The notes: generated by a model from the sequence alone, not told the origin. A DNA stretch of 64,000 nt from Eledone cirrhosa (GCA_964016885.1 OZ024741.1:31558001-31622000); one strand, 5' to 3'; shown: positions 39,985 through 55,532, counted from the stretch's first letter. Made by a program: numbers and translations.

Positions 39985-41002
39985 AAATTCTTTGTCTATT
40001 ATGTCTGTGTCTCTGTCTTTTCCGTATGCATTCCAAAAAGTCTCGACCGAATCATATCAAATTTTACAAGGTAATAATATTAGACCCCGGGAGTAACAAC
40101 ATATAATTTTATTTTCATTTGGATTAAAGCAATATAACATTTTAACTAAAATAATCTACTATAGAAAATTATAAAATATTTTATAATATGACGACGGCGT
40201 CACATTTTGTATATGAGTGTGTATGTGTCTGTGACTGTATGTGTTTGCTCGTTCCTTACGTTACACCCTAGTAAGTTACATACACACACATCCTCACGTA
40301 AATATTTAGATACATATAGAATTAAACACACGATTCGGATGCTGGTTTACACACACTCACACGGACACATACACACGCGCACACGCATCCACACGGTCAC
40401 ACATTTATATACAATTATGTATTTCTCTATATCTATATCTATATCTACATACAATATAATATATTGTAACTACTATGATCCTTTCGAGAAACGTGGACCG
40501 GCTACTTCCACGAAATGGCACACACTTTATAGCCAGCAGGATGATGAACCATCTCATAGAGGTCACTATTCTTGGAGGCAATCATCAAGGAGAAAATGCA
40601 TTTATTCCCAAGGTTCCTCTTATCCCTTCCTCTACGAGCTGCCATTCAAATTCTCAAGACTTCAGTTTCCAGTTAAAGCCAGTTTTGCTATGACCGCAAA
40701 TAAAGCTCAAGCTCAGAATTTCAATGTTGTAGAATTGAATATGAGAGAATCGCCTTTCACCCGTGGATAGTTATATGTAGGTTGTTCACGATGGGAAACA
40801 CCTAGAAATCTTCAGATACTATGCACGAAAGGTAAAACAAACATCTGGTGTATCTGAAATATTTTTTTACCGTTTATATTTTTTGTTACACACTATGGTC
40901 TTACCTGATACTGTAAACCAGACAAACATCCAATAAAGTCATTTTTTTCTTCTTCCTGTCTTCTCTTACTATCTGTTTACCCGTACTGGGTACGTCAACT
41001 AG
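39985..41002 (+). mobile_element. Non-autonomous Helitron with PIF1-helicase C-terminal remnant (~40470-40850)
   Basis: FIPKVPLIP, RLQFPVKASFAMTANKAQ, LYVGCSR; 3' hairpin taccc-gtact-gggta then CTAG (40999-41002); 5' end uncertain. Confidence 0.8.
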
Positions 41003-41057
41003 TATATATATATATATATATTTATTTATTAAAATATATTATTATTATTATTATAAT

Positions 41058-44000
41058 TGCATTTATCTTGCTTTATGTTCATACGAGTTATCACCAAGTC
41101 ACAACCAGTGACCTCAAGAGACAACAAGGTCGGCCATGTTCAAGAAAGAACATACATACACACATGCATCTTTAGGTGTTTAGAATTGTGATGTACTTAT
41201 ATTGACAGAATCTTCCTTAGTATATGGGCAATTCCCATTAGTACTATCTTTTGTATTTCTCCTATACGCGGGTTTCCTGGGATTTGCGATAAGTAATCAT
41301 TAGACTCCTTAGGTATCATTCCTAGAGCGCCTACAACCACTGGCATTGTTTTAGTTCTCAATTTCCATATTTTTCCAATTTCTATCTCCAGGTCCTTATA
41401 CTTGCTCAATTTTTCAAATGTTTTTATAGATACATTCTTGTCTATTGGAACGGACATATCAATTAGCGGACATACCCTCTTTTTAAAGTCCTTCAGTATT
41501 ATATCAGGTCTATTTGCATCTATTTTTTCGGTCTGTTTGGATGCTAAAGTTCCACAAGATTGAGATGTGATCTTTTTCAAGTATGGAAGGTGGTTGATGC
41601 TCCCACCAATTCTTTTGATGGGGCGGGTCAAAATGCTTACACATTATCCAATGTATGTATTGTGCAGTTCTGTCATGCCTGTTTAGGTATTCGGTTGGAG
41701 CTATAGGACTGCACATTGAAATTATATGATCAATGGTCTCTGGTTGTTTTTTACATACACGGCATAATGGGCTGCATCCATTTTTTATTATGTTGGCTTG
41801 GTAATTTTTTGTTGGCAGACACTGATCTTGTGCTGATATAATCAGTCCTTCAGTCTCCGATTTCAGTCCAGAGGATGCCAACCACTGATGGGTTAAAGTT
41901 TTTTAAACCTCAGGATTGTTAGCTCTTTCTGGGTATTTTCCATACAGAGGCTTTTCTTGCCATTTCTTAGCCAGTTTCTGTAGCAGTTCTTTCTTTGCAG
42001 TTACTTTTACCTGCTTTGCTTTTTCTGTGTTTTCCATTTCAGCAGTAAATGGGACTTCTGAGATTTGTAGTCCATTACTGTATCTTTGTGCATCTTTTGT
42101 AATGGAGTATGATCTTTTGATGCTTTCGTGTATCAAAACGAGTTTCATCATCCAATCACGTGATTCCCTTAGATATGTAGATAATCCAATTGTTGCAGTT
42201 TTCAACGCAATATCTAACTGGATTAACCCACGTCCTCCTTCTTTCCTAGGGAGATATATTCCATCTGTATCTGCCTTAGGGTGATGCATTCTGTGCATGG
42301 TTAAGAATTTTTTAACTTTTGTATCGAGCCTACGGATCTCTGTGCTTGACCAGTTGATGACATTGTAACTGTAGGTTAGTACTGGTATGGCAAGCGTGTT
42401 TATGGCATCGATCCTATTCCTTGCATTCAATTCCGTTCTTAAGATTGCTCTTACTCTGCGGTAACGTTCCTTCCTTATCCTTTCCCTCATTGTCGAGTGC
42501 TTGATTCCGTCTCCTTCACAAATACCTAGATATTTGTAAGTTTCCTCTTGATCAAGTTCTCTTATCACATTCCCCCGATCAAGATTAATGTCTGAACTTT
42601 TCAGCAGCTTTCCTCTGGTGAACGTTGCTTTGGCGCATTTATCTAGTCCAAACTCCATGTTAATGTCACCACTGAACTGCTCCACAGTGGATAATAGCCC
42701 TTGTAATTGTTCATCAATTTTTGCAAATAGTTTCAGGTCATCCATGTAGAACAAGTGATTAATGGTTTTGTCATAGACTTTATATCCATGTTTTGTTTCA
42801 TTAAGCATTTTACTTAATGGTATAAATGCGATGCAGAATAAAAGTGGTGATAAAGAGTCACCCTGAAAAATTCCACAATTAATATTAACTTCTCCAGCTT
42901 TCAGTGATTTTGTTTCACTATTCAAAAGGAGTGTCGTTTTCCATGTCTTCATACTGAATGACAGGAACCTCCTGACAACGGGAGATATTTTGAAAATCTC
43001 TAAACATTTTTCAATCCAACTGTGTGGCAAACTATCGAATGCTTTTTTATAATCTATCCAAGCAATTGATAGATTTTTGTGTCTATTATGGCAATCTTCC
43101 AGTATCATTTTGTTAACCAAAAGCTGATCTTTACAGCCATATGAGCCTCGTTTTCACCATTTCTGCGCATTGGGAAATAGGTCATATGTTATCAGGTGGT
43201 CATATGTATATTCAGTTAGGACTGATGTTAAAATTTTATACATTGTGGTCAAGCAAGTTATCGGTCTGTAATTTTTGGGATTGTTTGTCTCCTCATTCTT
43301 CGGAAGCAGGAATGTAATGCCGTTAACTAGCCATGATGGTATCTTTTCTGGCTCCTTAACTATTTCATTGTAAAGTTGGGCTAACAGTTCATGAGACCCT
43401 GTGAAGGCATTTATCCAAAAATTTGGTATTTTGTCTTTCCTAGGGATTTCCACTTGCTGGTTTTTCTAAGAGACAAACGCAACTGTTCAACTGTTATATT
43501 TTCCCATATTTGTTCCTCAAGGTGAGCTGTATCTTTTATTTGTCTGTCTATCCATGGGGCATGTATATTATAAACTTTTTCTTCGGCCCAGATCTTTTCC
43601 CAGAATTCTTGCACTTCCTCCTTGGGTGGTATTGATTTAGCAGTTATTGTTGACTTGCCAATTTTTCTGTAGAAGTTTCTTTGGTTGTTTTTGAACATAT
43701 TATTGTCCTTATAGAATCTAGATCGTTTTTCAAAGCGCCTTATACGAGCAGCTTTGGCCGACACTTTTTGCTTGATTATTTCTATCAGCATGTCTATGTC
43801 ACTTGTTGATTTTATACTGTATTTTAAGTTTAGTTTGTTTAACATGTTCACCTACTTTGTAGTTTGTTAAAATTTCTATGTCAGATCGGAGAAGGTTTAT
43901 TTGGCGATTGATGTTCTCTTGCCAAGTAGATTTCTTGTGGGAATTCCTTTGTTTTTTTTTCATTTTCACTCCACATAAGTGAGTGGTGACTTTAGCCGAT

Positions 44001-44975
44001 GCATAATAGAGATGATTTAAATCAGTAATGTTTAGTTTGTTTGTAATGATAATGTTAGTCTTGTGTATTATCTTTTGGTTCTGTTTGGAGTTCTGGATCT
44101 TAGGGTGTCTCGTTCCCAATGTCAGATTCTTTCATTTTCATCCATTCGATCATAATTTCATCCTTCAAGTTGGCAAGTTCATTCTCCTTCATTTCTTTAT
44201 CATTTACGATCTCATTGTTTTCATTTTGACTTTCATCTTGAGCATGCACTCCCTCCACTTTTTCGATCCTTTCTTTAATTTGTTCTGTTGCCAGTGATTC
44301 CGCCCCAACCCTGGGATTCGAAGTGTTACAATTTACCTCGTTTTCACTGACACATGTTTCATTTTCCCTTCGCAGACTTTGTGCTAATAGTTTGATCTGA
44401 TCAATTTCTATATCAGTTAGTAACTTTTTTTAACAATATTTCTTCGTATATTGGCTAGTTTGTTACTGTCAATATAGCCTCTGTTTTCGGGATGTTTCTT
44501 TTTCCAGTTGATATATGTTTGTTCTGTATTCGATGTATTTGATGGGTAGTACATGGCAGTGTAGAAAGCCTCAAGGACTTCTTTATTATCTTCCTTGACC
44601 ATTTTTCTCTCTTTTTCTTTGGATTTCTTGGTGGTGAGCATGGAGGGCCAAGAGTAGGAGTATTCGGTTATGAGAGGTCTCCAGCTCCGAAGTGATGGGA
44701 AGGTTTGAACCATTAGCTGATTTTTCGATCCCAGTCTGGTTCCTCACCTTTTTGACCCGGATGACGGCCGATCCGGTATGAGATTTTATCATTTGACATT
44801 TACTTTATTTTGTCGCGTTTTATCCTTATCCGCTAAGGGGTAATCATTTCGTGTTACCACTTCTAGGACGAGTTTCAACCAAGACTAGAGGGGTCGTCCT
44901 CCACTAGAGACACGGCTATTCCCCGCCGGCCGCCATCCCGGTATTTCTTGGTCACGGGGTTTTCTTTTTTGTTTT
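41058..44975 (-). mobile_element. R4/Dong-type non-LTR retrotransposon (RT + restriction-like endonuclease), near full length, frameshifted
   Basis: NYRPITCL, IDYKKAFDS, GIFQGDSLSP, YMDD, CRVC..ETIDHIISMC, RHD, RPDI..D..KLSKY across consecutive ORFs; (TAA)n at the 3' side. Confidence 0.92.
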
Positions 44976-45042
44976 TTTTTAAATTGTTATTATCATGAGT
45001 GGTTCCTTAATGTGAGCATTGCGTGGCTTAAGAATGAAATTA

Positions 45043-45228
45043 TTATTAATTGTTTCTACTTTGGCACAAGGCCAGCAATTACCCAGTACATTATGGTACT
45101 TTATTTTATCGACTCCGTAAGGATGAAAGGTAAAGTTAACCTCGGCGGGATTTGAACTCAGAATGGCAAGGGCCGTAACTATTTGCGTCAAAGCATGGCG
45201 TCCGACCCTCTACCGATACTGCCAATCC
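45043..45228 (-). mobile_element. tRNA-derived SINE
   Basis: Same family; its TAA tail points toward the Dong-like element. Confidence 0.85.
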
Positions 45229-46149
45229 TAATAATATAATATACTTTTTGCTGCAGTTGCCTGTTATTGTTGTTGGCTATGTCGGTTGGGTGGTGCTGGG
45301 GCTTTTTCTATTGTTGGTGGGGAAGGAGGGAGCCAGCAGTGCCATAGTCGTTGACATTTGACCGAGTCGCTAAGTCAATCTATTTATATATTTTGCTAGC
45401 CTCTCCCTTGTCTAGTGCTACCGCCACCTTCCTCTTTCTTAAGTTAACAGAAGGTAATGGGGAATAGTGGTGGTAGCAATGAAGGAGTGAAAGCGGCGGT
45501 GATGTGATAGTGGTAGCAATGATGGATGGAGTGGTGGCGGCAGTGACTATAGTGATGGCGTTGTCGTTACTGAGTTTTGTTGAATAGACTGTAGTTTGTT
45601 TGATCTGTATATCTATGGGGTTTGTCGCGTATGTTTAATATGTTTTGACATATTACCTTAATATTTGAATTAAACATTTTGAGAAAATTTGAGATACAAT
45701 CATAGTAATTATTATTATTATGCGGGGATTGGTGGTGGTGGTGGTGGTGTTGAAATTGCCGTTATCTGGCTGTTGTATTTAGTGTACATAGAGGGGTGAT
45801 GGGATAGGTGGTGTATCTAGTTTGTGGTGTTGGTGAAATTGCTGTTATTTGGCTGTTCTATATAGTGTAGACAGAGGGGTTTTCTTCCACTTATAACCAT
45901 TTTCTTTTTTGAATATAAAATTTATAATACAAAATTGAATATTTGAGCGATATAACAGGGTATTATGGGTCCGAATTTTCTGAGAGTTGAGTCTTGTGCT
46001 TTATGTATCATTTGTACTAAGAATTGTTATATCACAATTGTTTTAAATATGTTAAAAATCAAAAACTTACGGGAGCGATTTCATGACCCTCTACCACCAT
46101 GTGCATCTTCTTCCCTTCTTCTTATATATTATTATTATTATTATTATTT

Positions 46150-46288
46150 ACGGTCTGAGTTCAAATCCCGCCGAGGTTAACTTTGCCTTTCATCCTTACG
46201 GGGTCGATAAAATAAAGTACCAGTAATGTACTGGGTGATTGATGGCCTTGTGCCAAAAGTAGAAACAATTATTATTATTATTATTATA

Positions 46289-46300
<12 letters not shown>
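46150..46300 (+). mobile_element. 5' truncated SINE
   Basis: Starts just before the B box; (TTA)n on both sides. Confidence 0.8.
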
Positions 46301-46334
<34 letters not shown>

Positions 46335-46736
46335 AGTATGTATGTATGTATACCTACATACATATATGTATACAGACGTACAGTAGTATGTATATATATA
46401 CATACATGCACACATATATATATGCACGTATCGGCTGTTTGTTTGTTTACAAACGAACAAACCGAGCATTATAATAAATGTTCGGTAAACCGATACGTGC
46501 ATATATATATGTGTTCATGTATGTATATCTATACATACTACTGTACGTCTGTATACATATATGTATGTACGTATACATACATACATATTTACATTTAAGT
46601 AAGTGCCGTACTAATGTGATAAATTTCATTTCATTTCATTCTATTCCCGTCCCCCACCTACCCCCCACTCTCCTGAGCGTGATTTTAATAAACATTTATT
46701 GTACTGCCTCTCTGTTCTGTCCCTGTTCAATTTTTC

Positions 46737-46788
<52 letters not shown>

Positions 46789-46842
46789 TATCCCGGGTTC
46801 AATACTGATTGAAACAGATCTAGTCCTGTAGAAGCCATTTCT

Positions 46843-46942
<100 letters not shown>

Positions 46943-47066
46943 TGTATGTGTAGTATATTTGATAATAAACTGAATGTTTATTTTAAAATATTTTGAAGAC
47001 CATTCGCTATGTGTTTTAAAGTAGTGACTATGTCACTTATTTAGTCTCCGTAAAAAGAAAGGGAAG

Positions 47067-47107
47067 AACCGACAGCAGTTTCTCGTCCGTTAACGGTTAT
47101 CAAGATT
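47067..47107 (-). ncRNA. Decayed hammerhead-like motif with U3-A8 core
   Basis: AAUC-UUGAUAA-CCGUuaACGG-acga-GAAA-CUGCUG-UC-GGUU; next to inverted repeat 47203-47355. Confidence 0.45.
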
Positions 47108-47363
47108 TCATATCCCTTAGCTTCCACCGAGACTTATAGAAGCTGGATTCTTGTGATGTTTAAGAGCTGATTAAATAGAGTGGTTGTCGGTCCAGCAAAA
47201 ATTAGGAATTAGTATAAGTACTCTGAAATAGCGATGTATGTATGAAAGTATGTATAGCATATTTGATAATATACTGTATGATTATTTAAAATATACTATA
47301 CATACATCGCTATTCATACATACATCGCTATTTCAGTGCAATGATACTAATTCTTATATATAT

Positions 47364-47553
47364 AGGTTTATCCCGGGTTCAATCGGGGTAACCACAGTAA
47401 AGTAAGGTACTCAATGCATAGCAGAGTATAGAAGATATTTAATATAGAAATGGCTTATAAAGGACTAGAACTGTTTCATTCGGGAGAAATCTTAAGGGCT
47501 TCCTGATAATTTCTCCCGAATGAAATAGTTCTACTCTTGTAGATGCCATTTCT
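47364..47553. mobile_element. Fold-back pLTR, family C
   Basis: Retains stem I GGCUUC before a mutated CUGAUAA core. Confidence 0.8.
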
Positions 47554-47628
<75 letters not shown>

Positions 47629-47635
47629 ATATAGT

Positions 47636-48135
47636 TAATAAAGGAAACAAAATAACACAAGAAGAAAAATTACACCGTTATATTAGGTTCATATATATAT
47701 TCATATTTTTCTCATTAACTAGATGAGATCTAATGGCTATTTGAACTTCTATCGCTAAACACGTTTCCTAGCAACAGTTGGATATTCGACTTTTCTGCAT
47801 GTGATCATATAGACCACTAGTGCGTTCTTGATTGAACAATTTGGAAATGTGCACATTTCGCTGTAGATGTAAAGTTGTATTTGGAGCAATCTCCTAAATG
47901 TGGTTTCCGAGTGCATCAGGTGTGTATACTGTCCCTCCAAAAGGATATCTTGTCTGACGGTAGTCGTCGTCTTCACATTGAAATATTGCATCTTTAGGTA
48001 GCACATGTCATCTGTAGGGATGGGTGGCCCCCTTGATCTTTTAAGTATTACTGTCTTGGCATTTCGGTGTTTTGAGAAAGAAGTATGATAGCTGAATATA
48101 TAATCTCGGACTGAATTTTCTACCAACTTTGGATA
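47636..48135 (-). mobile_element. Decayed PLE 3' fragment
   Basis: CYLKMQYF..TTTTVRQ..CTFPNCSIKN..VVYMITC resembles the C-terminus of the 27353 ORF. Confidence 0.65.
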
Positions 48136-48155
48136 TCTATCTATCTATCTATCTA

Positions 48156-48538
48156 TCTTTCAAATATCATTTTGGAAGAAGAATCAGGATGGAGAGAGAG
48201 GTGCTGTACCCCAGCAAATTTTATATAAGGTGGGTGAATGTGGCAAAGATGGCCTGAGTGGTTGGGCCTTCTCTCTATATAAGCCTGTAGGTTGAGGAAA
48301 AAGAGGAAGAGAGGAAGGGAGTACTCACTCTTGGGGCTCCTGGAGATGAGGGTTGTACATTTTTTCGGGGTGTGTACAACCCCTGTGTAACACCTCCCCC
48401 CTATTGGGGATTTCAATTGTTATTTGTTATTATATTAATAGTTTTATTTTCATATACCTGTATGTAAACTCACCATTTGTATTTGTCCCCTTCTTTTGTG
48501 CCCTTGTGGCTAATAAAGAAATTTTATCTATCTATCTA
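48156..48538 (+). mobile_element. 3' fragment of the Tx1-like LINE
   Basis: Homologous to 2575-2960; (TCTA)n on both sides. Confidence 0.85.
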
Positions 48539-48726
48539 GTCCAGTTTTTACATTTGAAAACGAAGTTCTTTACATCTCCTAGACCCACACTAGACAACTG
48601 ATGAGGAAGTCCCCCATCCCGTTCTTGCTTTCTTCGTATTCCCACTGCATTTTAAGTTACCTTAAATAGCAACTACACAGCCATTTCTATTCTCCATATA
48701 TTTCATCATATATATATATATATATA

Positions 48727-49589
48727 TTGACGGTTAAGTATTACTTCTTGATTTTATTTTGAATTAAGATTGTATTGCTTTTCCCCCAACTTACACAAAG
48801 TTCGATGACAAAGTTTTTTCTTCTTGATTTGTTTTGAATTAAGATTGTATTACTTTTTTTCCCTCATCTTACATTAAATATTTGTTCATCTTGATGGTAT
48901 AGTCACTTATATACCTGAATTATTGTTGACATTTTGCTTTCATTAATTTTATTTTCATCTATGAATTTATACTCGGTTTTTCCTTGAGTGCTACTAATAT
49001 TTGTGACTAATCGCATTTAAAAAAAAAAAGACTGCGATAATATTGATTATGCTGACCTCCATATTTTTGTTGATTTTTTTCGGAATGTTTTGACTGTTGT
49101 TTCTTGTAAACTGCTTTCTCATCTCATCCCGCCATCACTAGTTTGTGTTCACGTGTTGTTTTGTTATTTCATTTCTGTACGTTGTTCGCTTGCCTGCTTT
49201 TAACTCCCAGTGGATTCTTTTTTCCCATCGGTATTTTAGCAGTGAAGGTTTAGTTAATGTATTGAACACTACTGAAGATCGACTCCAACCGTGACTAACC
49301 CCACTGAAACGTTTCGTGAAATGGTCTTTTAAGACTATATAGTGCATTTGTATATTTTCCCCAAATTGACGGTTAAGTATTGCTTCTTGATTTTATTTTG
49401 AATTAAGACTGTATTGCTTTTCCCCCAACTTACACAAAGTTTGATGACAAAGTTTTTCTTCTTGATTTGTTTTGAATTAAGATTGTATAAATTTTTTCCC
49501 TCATCTTACATTAAATATTTTTTCATCTTGATGGTATAGTCATTTATATACCTGAATTATTGTTGGCATTTTGCTTACATTAATTTTAT

Positions 49590-49595
<6 letters not shown>
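48727..49595 (+). repeat. Direct repeat (~230 bp, offset 639) around a weak hammerhead-like motif
   Basis: 48727-48958 recurs at 49366-49595; CTGAAGA..GAAAcgTT at ~49272-49313; related to 18759-18890. Confidence 0.75.
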
Positions 49596-51149
<1,554 letters not shown>

Positions 51150-51152
51150 TAC

Positions 51153-51191
<39 letters not shown>

Positions 51192-51229
51192 CTGTATATA
51201 TATAGATATATAGATATATATAGATAAAT

Positions 51230-54200
51230 ATACTGGGTGTGTATGATTGTGTATAGAAGATTATATTAATAAAAGGAATTCCAACTTTGTCTGATTTACT
51301 CGTTTTATTTACAATCCTTTAAAATTTATAATGGTATAAAATGAAATAGTATCGTAGAATATTAAACGTTAAGTGTTAATTGAAGAAGTACTTTCATTCT
51401 TTCGCAATCTTCAGGTTCTATTCTGTTGTGACAGTCAAGTTTGCAATTTTCAACTGTAATGAGATAGGTAAATTTTGTACCTCATATACAGTGAAAAGTA
51501 GCTACAGAATGCTGAATCTTGCAAACTGTATTTCGACCAATCGGTGTGTAGTTTCACTGGATTACTAAAGCTGATTGGTTTAGGCGTCACTGTTGGTTGA
51601 GCATGTCTAACGACTACTATTTGACCCTATCCAAAGCTTTTAATTGTATTGCTACTTTTAGAAATGATGAAAATAGCATTTTCTAGTAATCATCACCATC
51701 AACATCACTTTTATTATTATTATTGTTGTTGTTGTTGGTAGTGGTCGTAGTCATAGTCATAGTAGAATTAATACCGCATTATTATTGTTCATTTAGCTTG
51801 GGTTGGAATTTATCAATAAAATTCTTTTCTTTGAGTTTTCTCTTGATTTCACTTGGGCTGTGTAATTTGTAGAATGGAAATATTATTAATATTCTCTGAC
51901 CACATGTTGCTAGATGGTTATTCAGTGGTATCTGACGGATATTTAGGTCTCTAATTTGCTGTCGGTGTACCTGTGCACGTTCCCATAGTGCATTTCCAGT
52001 TTGACCGACAATTCGAGCATTTAGTGCAGTAAATGACCGACAATTCGGGCATTTAATGCAGTAAATTAAATTTCTGCTTTGGCAGTTCATATTTGCATTT
52101 GGGAATATTTTTCCAGTTTTTGTGTTCATATATTGACCGGGGTGTATGGATGGACATGTGCCACATCGACTATCATTGCATTTAGATACAGTGAATGATT
52201 GGTCTTTGTTGTTAAGGTCAAATTTTGCTTTTGTTAGTAATTGCTTCAAATTTTTCGGCTGTCTTTTACGAGTCAAAGATCGATCTGTGATTAAGCCTTT
52301 TAATTCATTACTTTGAGTAATGATCGGTAGGTTTGCTTTGGCAGTGTTGAAGATATTCTGGTGACATAGGTCGTGTGTCATTATAAATGGTATGACTAGT
52401 TTTAGTTTCTTCTTCCTTGGGTTGTCCTAAGTTGTTGTATAGGTATTTTTATAGCCTGCTGTATGCCATTTTCTATAAGTAGAGATGGGTATTTTTGTTT
52501 GAGCAAACATTCTCTTAGTTCTGTTAGGCGTTTGTTCCTGGTATTCGTATCTTCTACAATGGTACAAATTCTTCTGGCTAAGCAGTATGGGAAGTTGCGT
52601 TTTGTATGAGGTGGATTGCACGACTTAAAATTCATATATTGATGGGTGTCTGTGTGTTTATAATATATATCCGTGGTAATGGTGGTGTCCTTTTTGATTA
52701 CCATTATATCTAGGAATGGTAATTTGATGCTACTCATCTCTTTTGTGAATTGGAGAGATGGGTGTAGGTTATTCAGGAGGCTGTTGAACTCATCCAGAGT
52801 ATCTAGAGATTCTGTCCAGATGATTAAACAGTCGTCAAGGTATCTCTTCCAAGATTTTTCAATGTACTTTCTAAAGTCAGTACTATATTTTCCTTCTATT
52901 TCTTGGTAGAGTTGCTGTTCTAAGTATCCCATTACAGAGTTTGCGTAAACGGAAGCAAACTTCGTTCCCATCGCTGTGCCTCTAATTTGGATATAATTAT
53001 TTCCATTGAAGAAGAAAGTGTTGTTTTCCAGGAAAAGTTTGACTGCGTCTAATATAAATGGCGCTGTGAATCTGGTGGGAATCACTTCTCTATGTTTTTC
53101 CACCCAGTATTTAACCGCCTTTATTCCTAACTCATGTGTAATGTTGGTGTAAAGGCTTAACACATCAAAACTAAGTAGAAGTGAATTCGTTTCCGTGGTT
53201 TTGGGAAGATGAGACAGGAAGTCGATATCATCCCGGATGAAACTGGATATGTGAAATCATAGTGGTTTCAAAATAATGTTAACAAAATTGCTTAGACGGT
53301 GGGTAGGGCATGTTGGACCAGCTATAATAGGTCTAAGTATTAAGTCTTTTGGGTGTAGTAATTTAATGTACTCACTGTTTTGTTCTTTTACTGCCAGTTG
53401 TATTTCTTGTGATTTATGAACTTTCGGTAGGCCATACAGGTTGCTGGGTTTTGGCTCAAAATGTAGTCTCTTTCCTTATATGTAAGTGAGTTGTGGTATT
53501 TTGAAGCCAGGTTGTTGATCTTCTTCATGATGTTGTGGTCTATATTTGACGGTATTTCATGATAGAATGTTGTGTCTTTCAGTTGTTCCTCAACCAAATC
53601 TTTGTAGTATTCAGCATCCATTATAACAACTGCACCCCCTTTATCTGCTTGTTTAATTATTATTGTTTTATCATTTTGTATACGTTTAAGTGCAGACATT
53701 TCTGATTTGTTAATGTTTGGCCTGACATTAGTATTACGTCTAAGAGGAAATTTAGACAGGATGTCAATGTATTGGTCGAGATAGATATTTCTTCCTTTTG
53801 GCGGAGTGAAATTTGATTTATCCTTTACTAGTGATTCATCACTCTCATTACTTTTATCAGCGAAGAATTCTACAAGACGTAATTTTCGACAGAATTCTTG
53901 GGTATCCTCCTTCAGTTCTTGGTGGTTGACTATTGGAGTCGGTGTGAATTTCAGTCCTTTTGACAGAATTTGCATTTCATCATTGTCAAGATCTCTTTTG
54001 GATAAATTAATTATTTTAGGATCTACGTGTACAGTTGTTTTGGGTATGTTTTCTCCTGGAGTTTTTCCTTTCCGGTTTTTGTTGTCCTGACGTTAAAAAA
54101 TGGATTTTTCTCTGTTCAGGATTTATATTCCTGTTGGTGTTTGCTTGATGAACTTTTGGTCGTGATATTATATTTGGTTTCGTTATATTTTTTGTCCTAT

Positions 54201-54360
54201 TTTTGGTATTATGTATATTAATTTTCCATTTCTTGTTAGCATTATTTTAACAATCTGGGGAAATGATCTAGGTTTGCTTTCAGGTTTAGATCGTTTTTTC
54301 GCCCTGTTTCTTGTGGGTAATCTCTGTTGAGATCTTGAGAGTGGTTTGGTTATTCTACGT
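51230..54360 (-). mobile_element. Penelope-like element, frameshifted (RT + GIY-YIG)
   Basis: LSKGLKFTPT, ADKGGAVVIMD, FDVLSLYTNI, GTAMG, RYLDD, NLIYCIKCPNC..VGQTG in ORFs 53388-53975, 52402-53163, 51782-52381. Confidence 0.92.
51382..51418 (-). ncRNA. Minimal hammerhead in PLE 3' UTR (stem I mismatch)
   Basis: GAAC-CUGAAGA-uugcgaaagaau-GAAA-GUAC-UU-CUUC. Confidence 0.55.
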
Positions 54361-54559
54361 ATTCTATGTATATATATATATACACATATATATGTGTATA
54401 TGTGTGTCTATGTGTGTGTGTGTTATTGTGAGTGTGCCATTTGCTTCCAGAGCTTTCCTCAGGTGCAGAAGCCTAAGCAAGGTGGTCTTTTTTTCATAGA
54501 TGACCAGCAGTCGTCCGTACATACCAGTTTCCTCTCTGCCCGCCACCGATGTTGTTCAA

Positions 54560-54990
54560 TTGAAAAGAAGACAAAATTCAATACATGACGTTGCAACCTA
54601 TTTCTACAACTGAGTGTACTGGATAAATAAAGTGTCTTGCTCAAGAACTCAACTCAAAGCCCGGTCCGAGAATCGAACTCAGAACCTCACGATCAATAAT
54701 CCAACTCTCTAACCATTGAGCCACGCGTGACCACTTGGTTAGGACATTTAACTCTCAGTTGTACGATCATGAGTATGATTTCTGCAGGCACGTTGTGTTC
54801 CTCACAAGGCAGAAGTCTACCTCTAATTGTGATGGAGGGGACAGCCATGTTATATTCTGTGTTACGCTGAATCTCCTAGTGAATTACGTTAAGGGCATGT
54901 GTGTCTCTGGAATGTTCAGCCACTTGCACGTTAATTTCATATGCAGGCAGTTCCGCTGATCGCATCAGCTGGAATGCTCAACGTCGTAAC
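54560..54990. mobile_element. Two back-to-back decayed tRNA-derived SINEs of a second family
   Basis: Minus copy: B box GAGTTCGATTCTC and ttgagcaagacacttta core-like motif; plus copy starts ~54725. Confidence 0.6.
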
Positions 54991-55007
54991 CGACTTTCGT
55001 TACAGAT

Positions 55008-55184
<177 letters not shown>

Positions 55185-55217
55185 CGTGTGTGTGTGTGTG
55201 TGTTTGTGTGTGATGAG

Positions 55218-55402
55218 TCCCGGGTTCAATCGGAGCACACCACAGTTAGTAAGATTCTCAATAGTAAACATCAAGTTTAATATAGAAATGGCTTCTGCAG
55301 CACTAGAATTATTTCATTAAAAAAAATCCACCAGGAAAGCACTGATGATTTCTTTTGAATGAAACAGTTCTAGTCCTGTAGAAGCCATTTATACATTAAA
55401 AA
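55218..55402. mobile_element. Fold-back pLTR, family C, hammerhead core 55342-55386
   Basis: CUGAUGA-uuucuuuugaau-GAAA-CAG..CUG-UA-GAAGCC. Confidence 0.78.
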
Positions 55403-55500
55403 TGCTATATATATATATACACATGCCACATGCATACATATGTGATTTGTGGTGTATGCATGAGTTTGTGAACGTGTATGTTGCGATGTACGCGTATATA

Positions 55501-55532
<32 letters not shown>

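Noticed and set aside
48598-48640. CTGATGA here and at 36618, CTGAGGA at 36175 and 2997
   Set aside because: No properly placed GAAA/stem III
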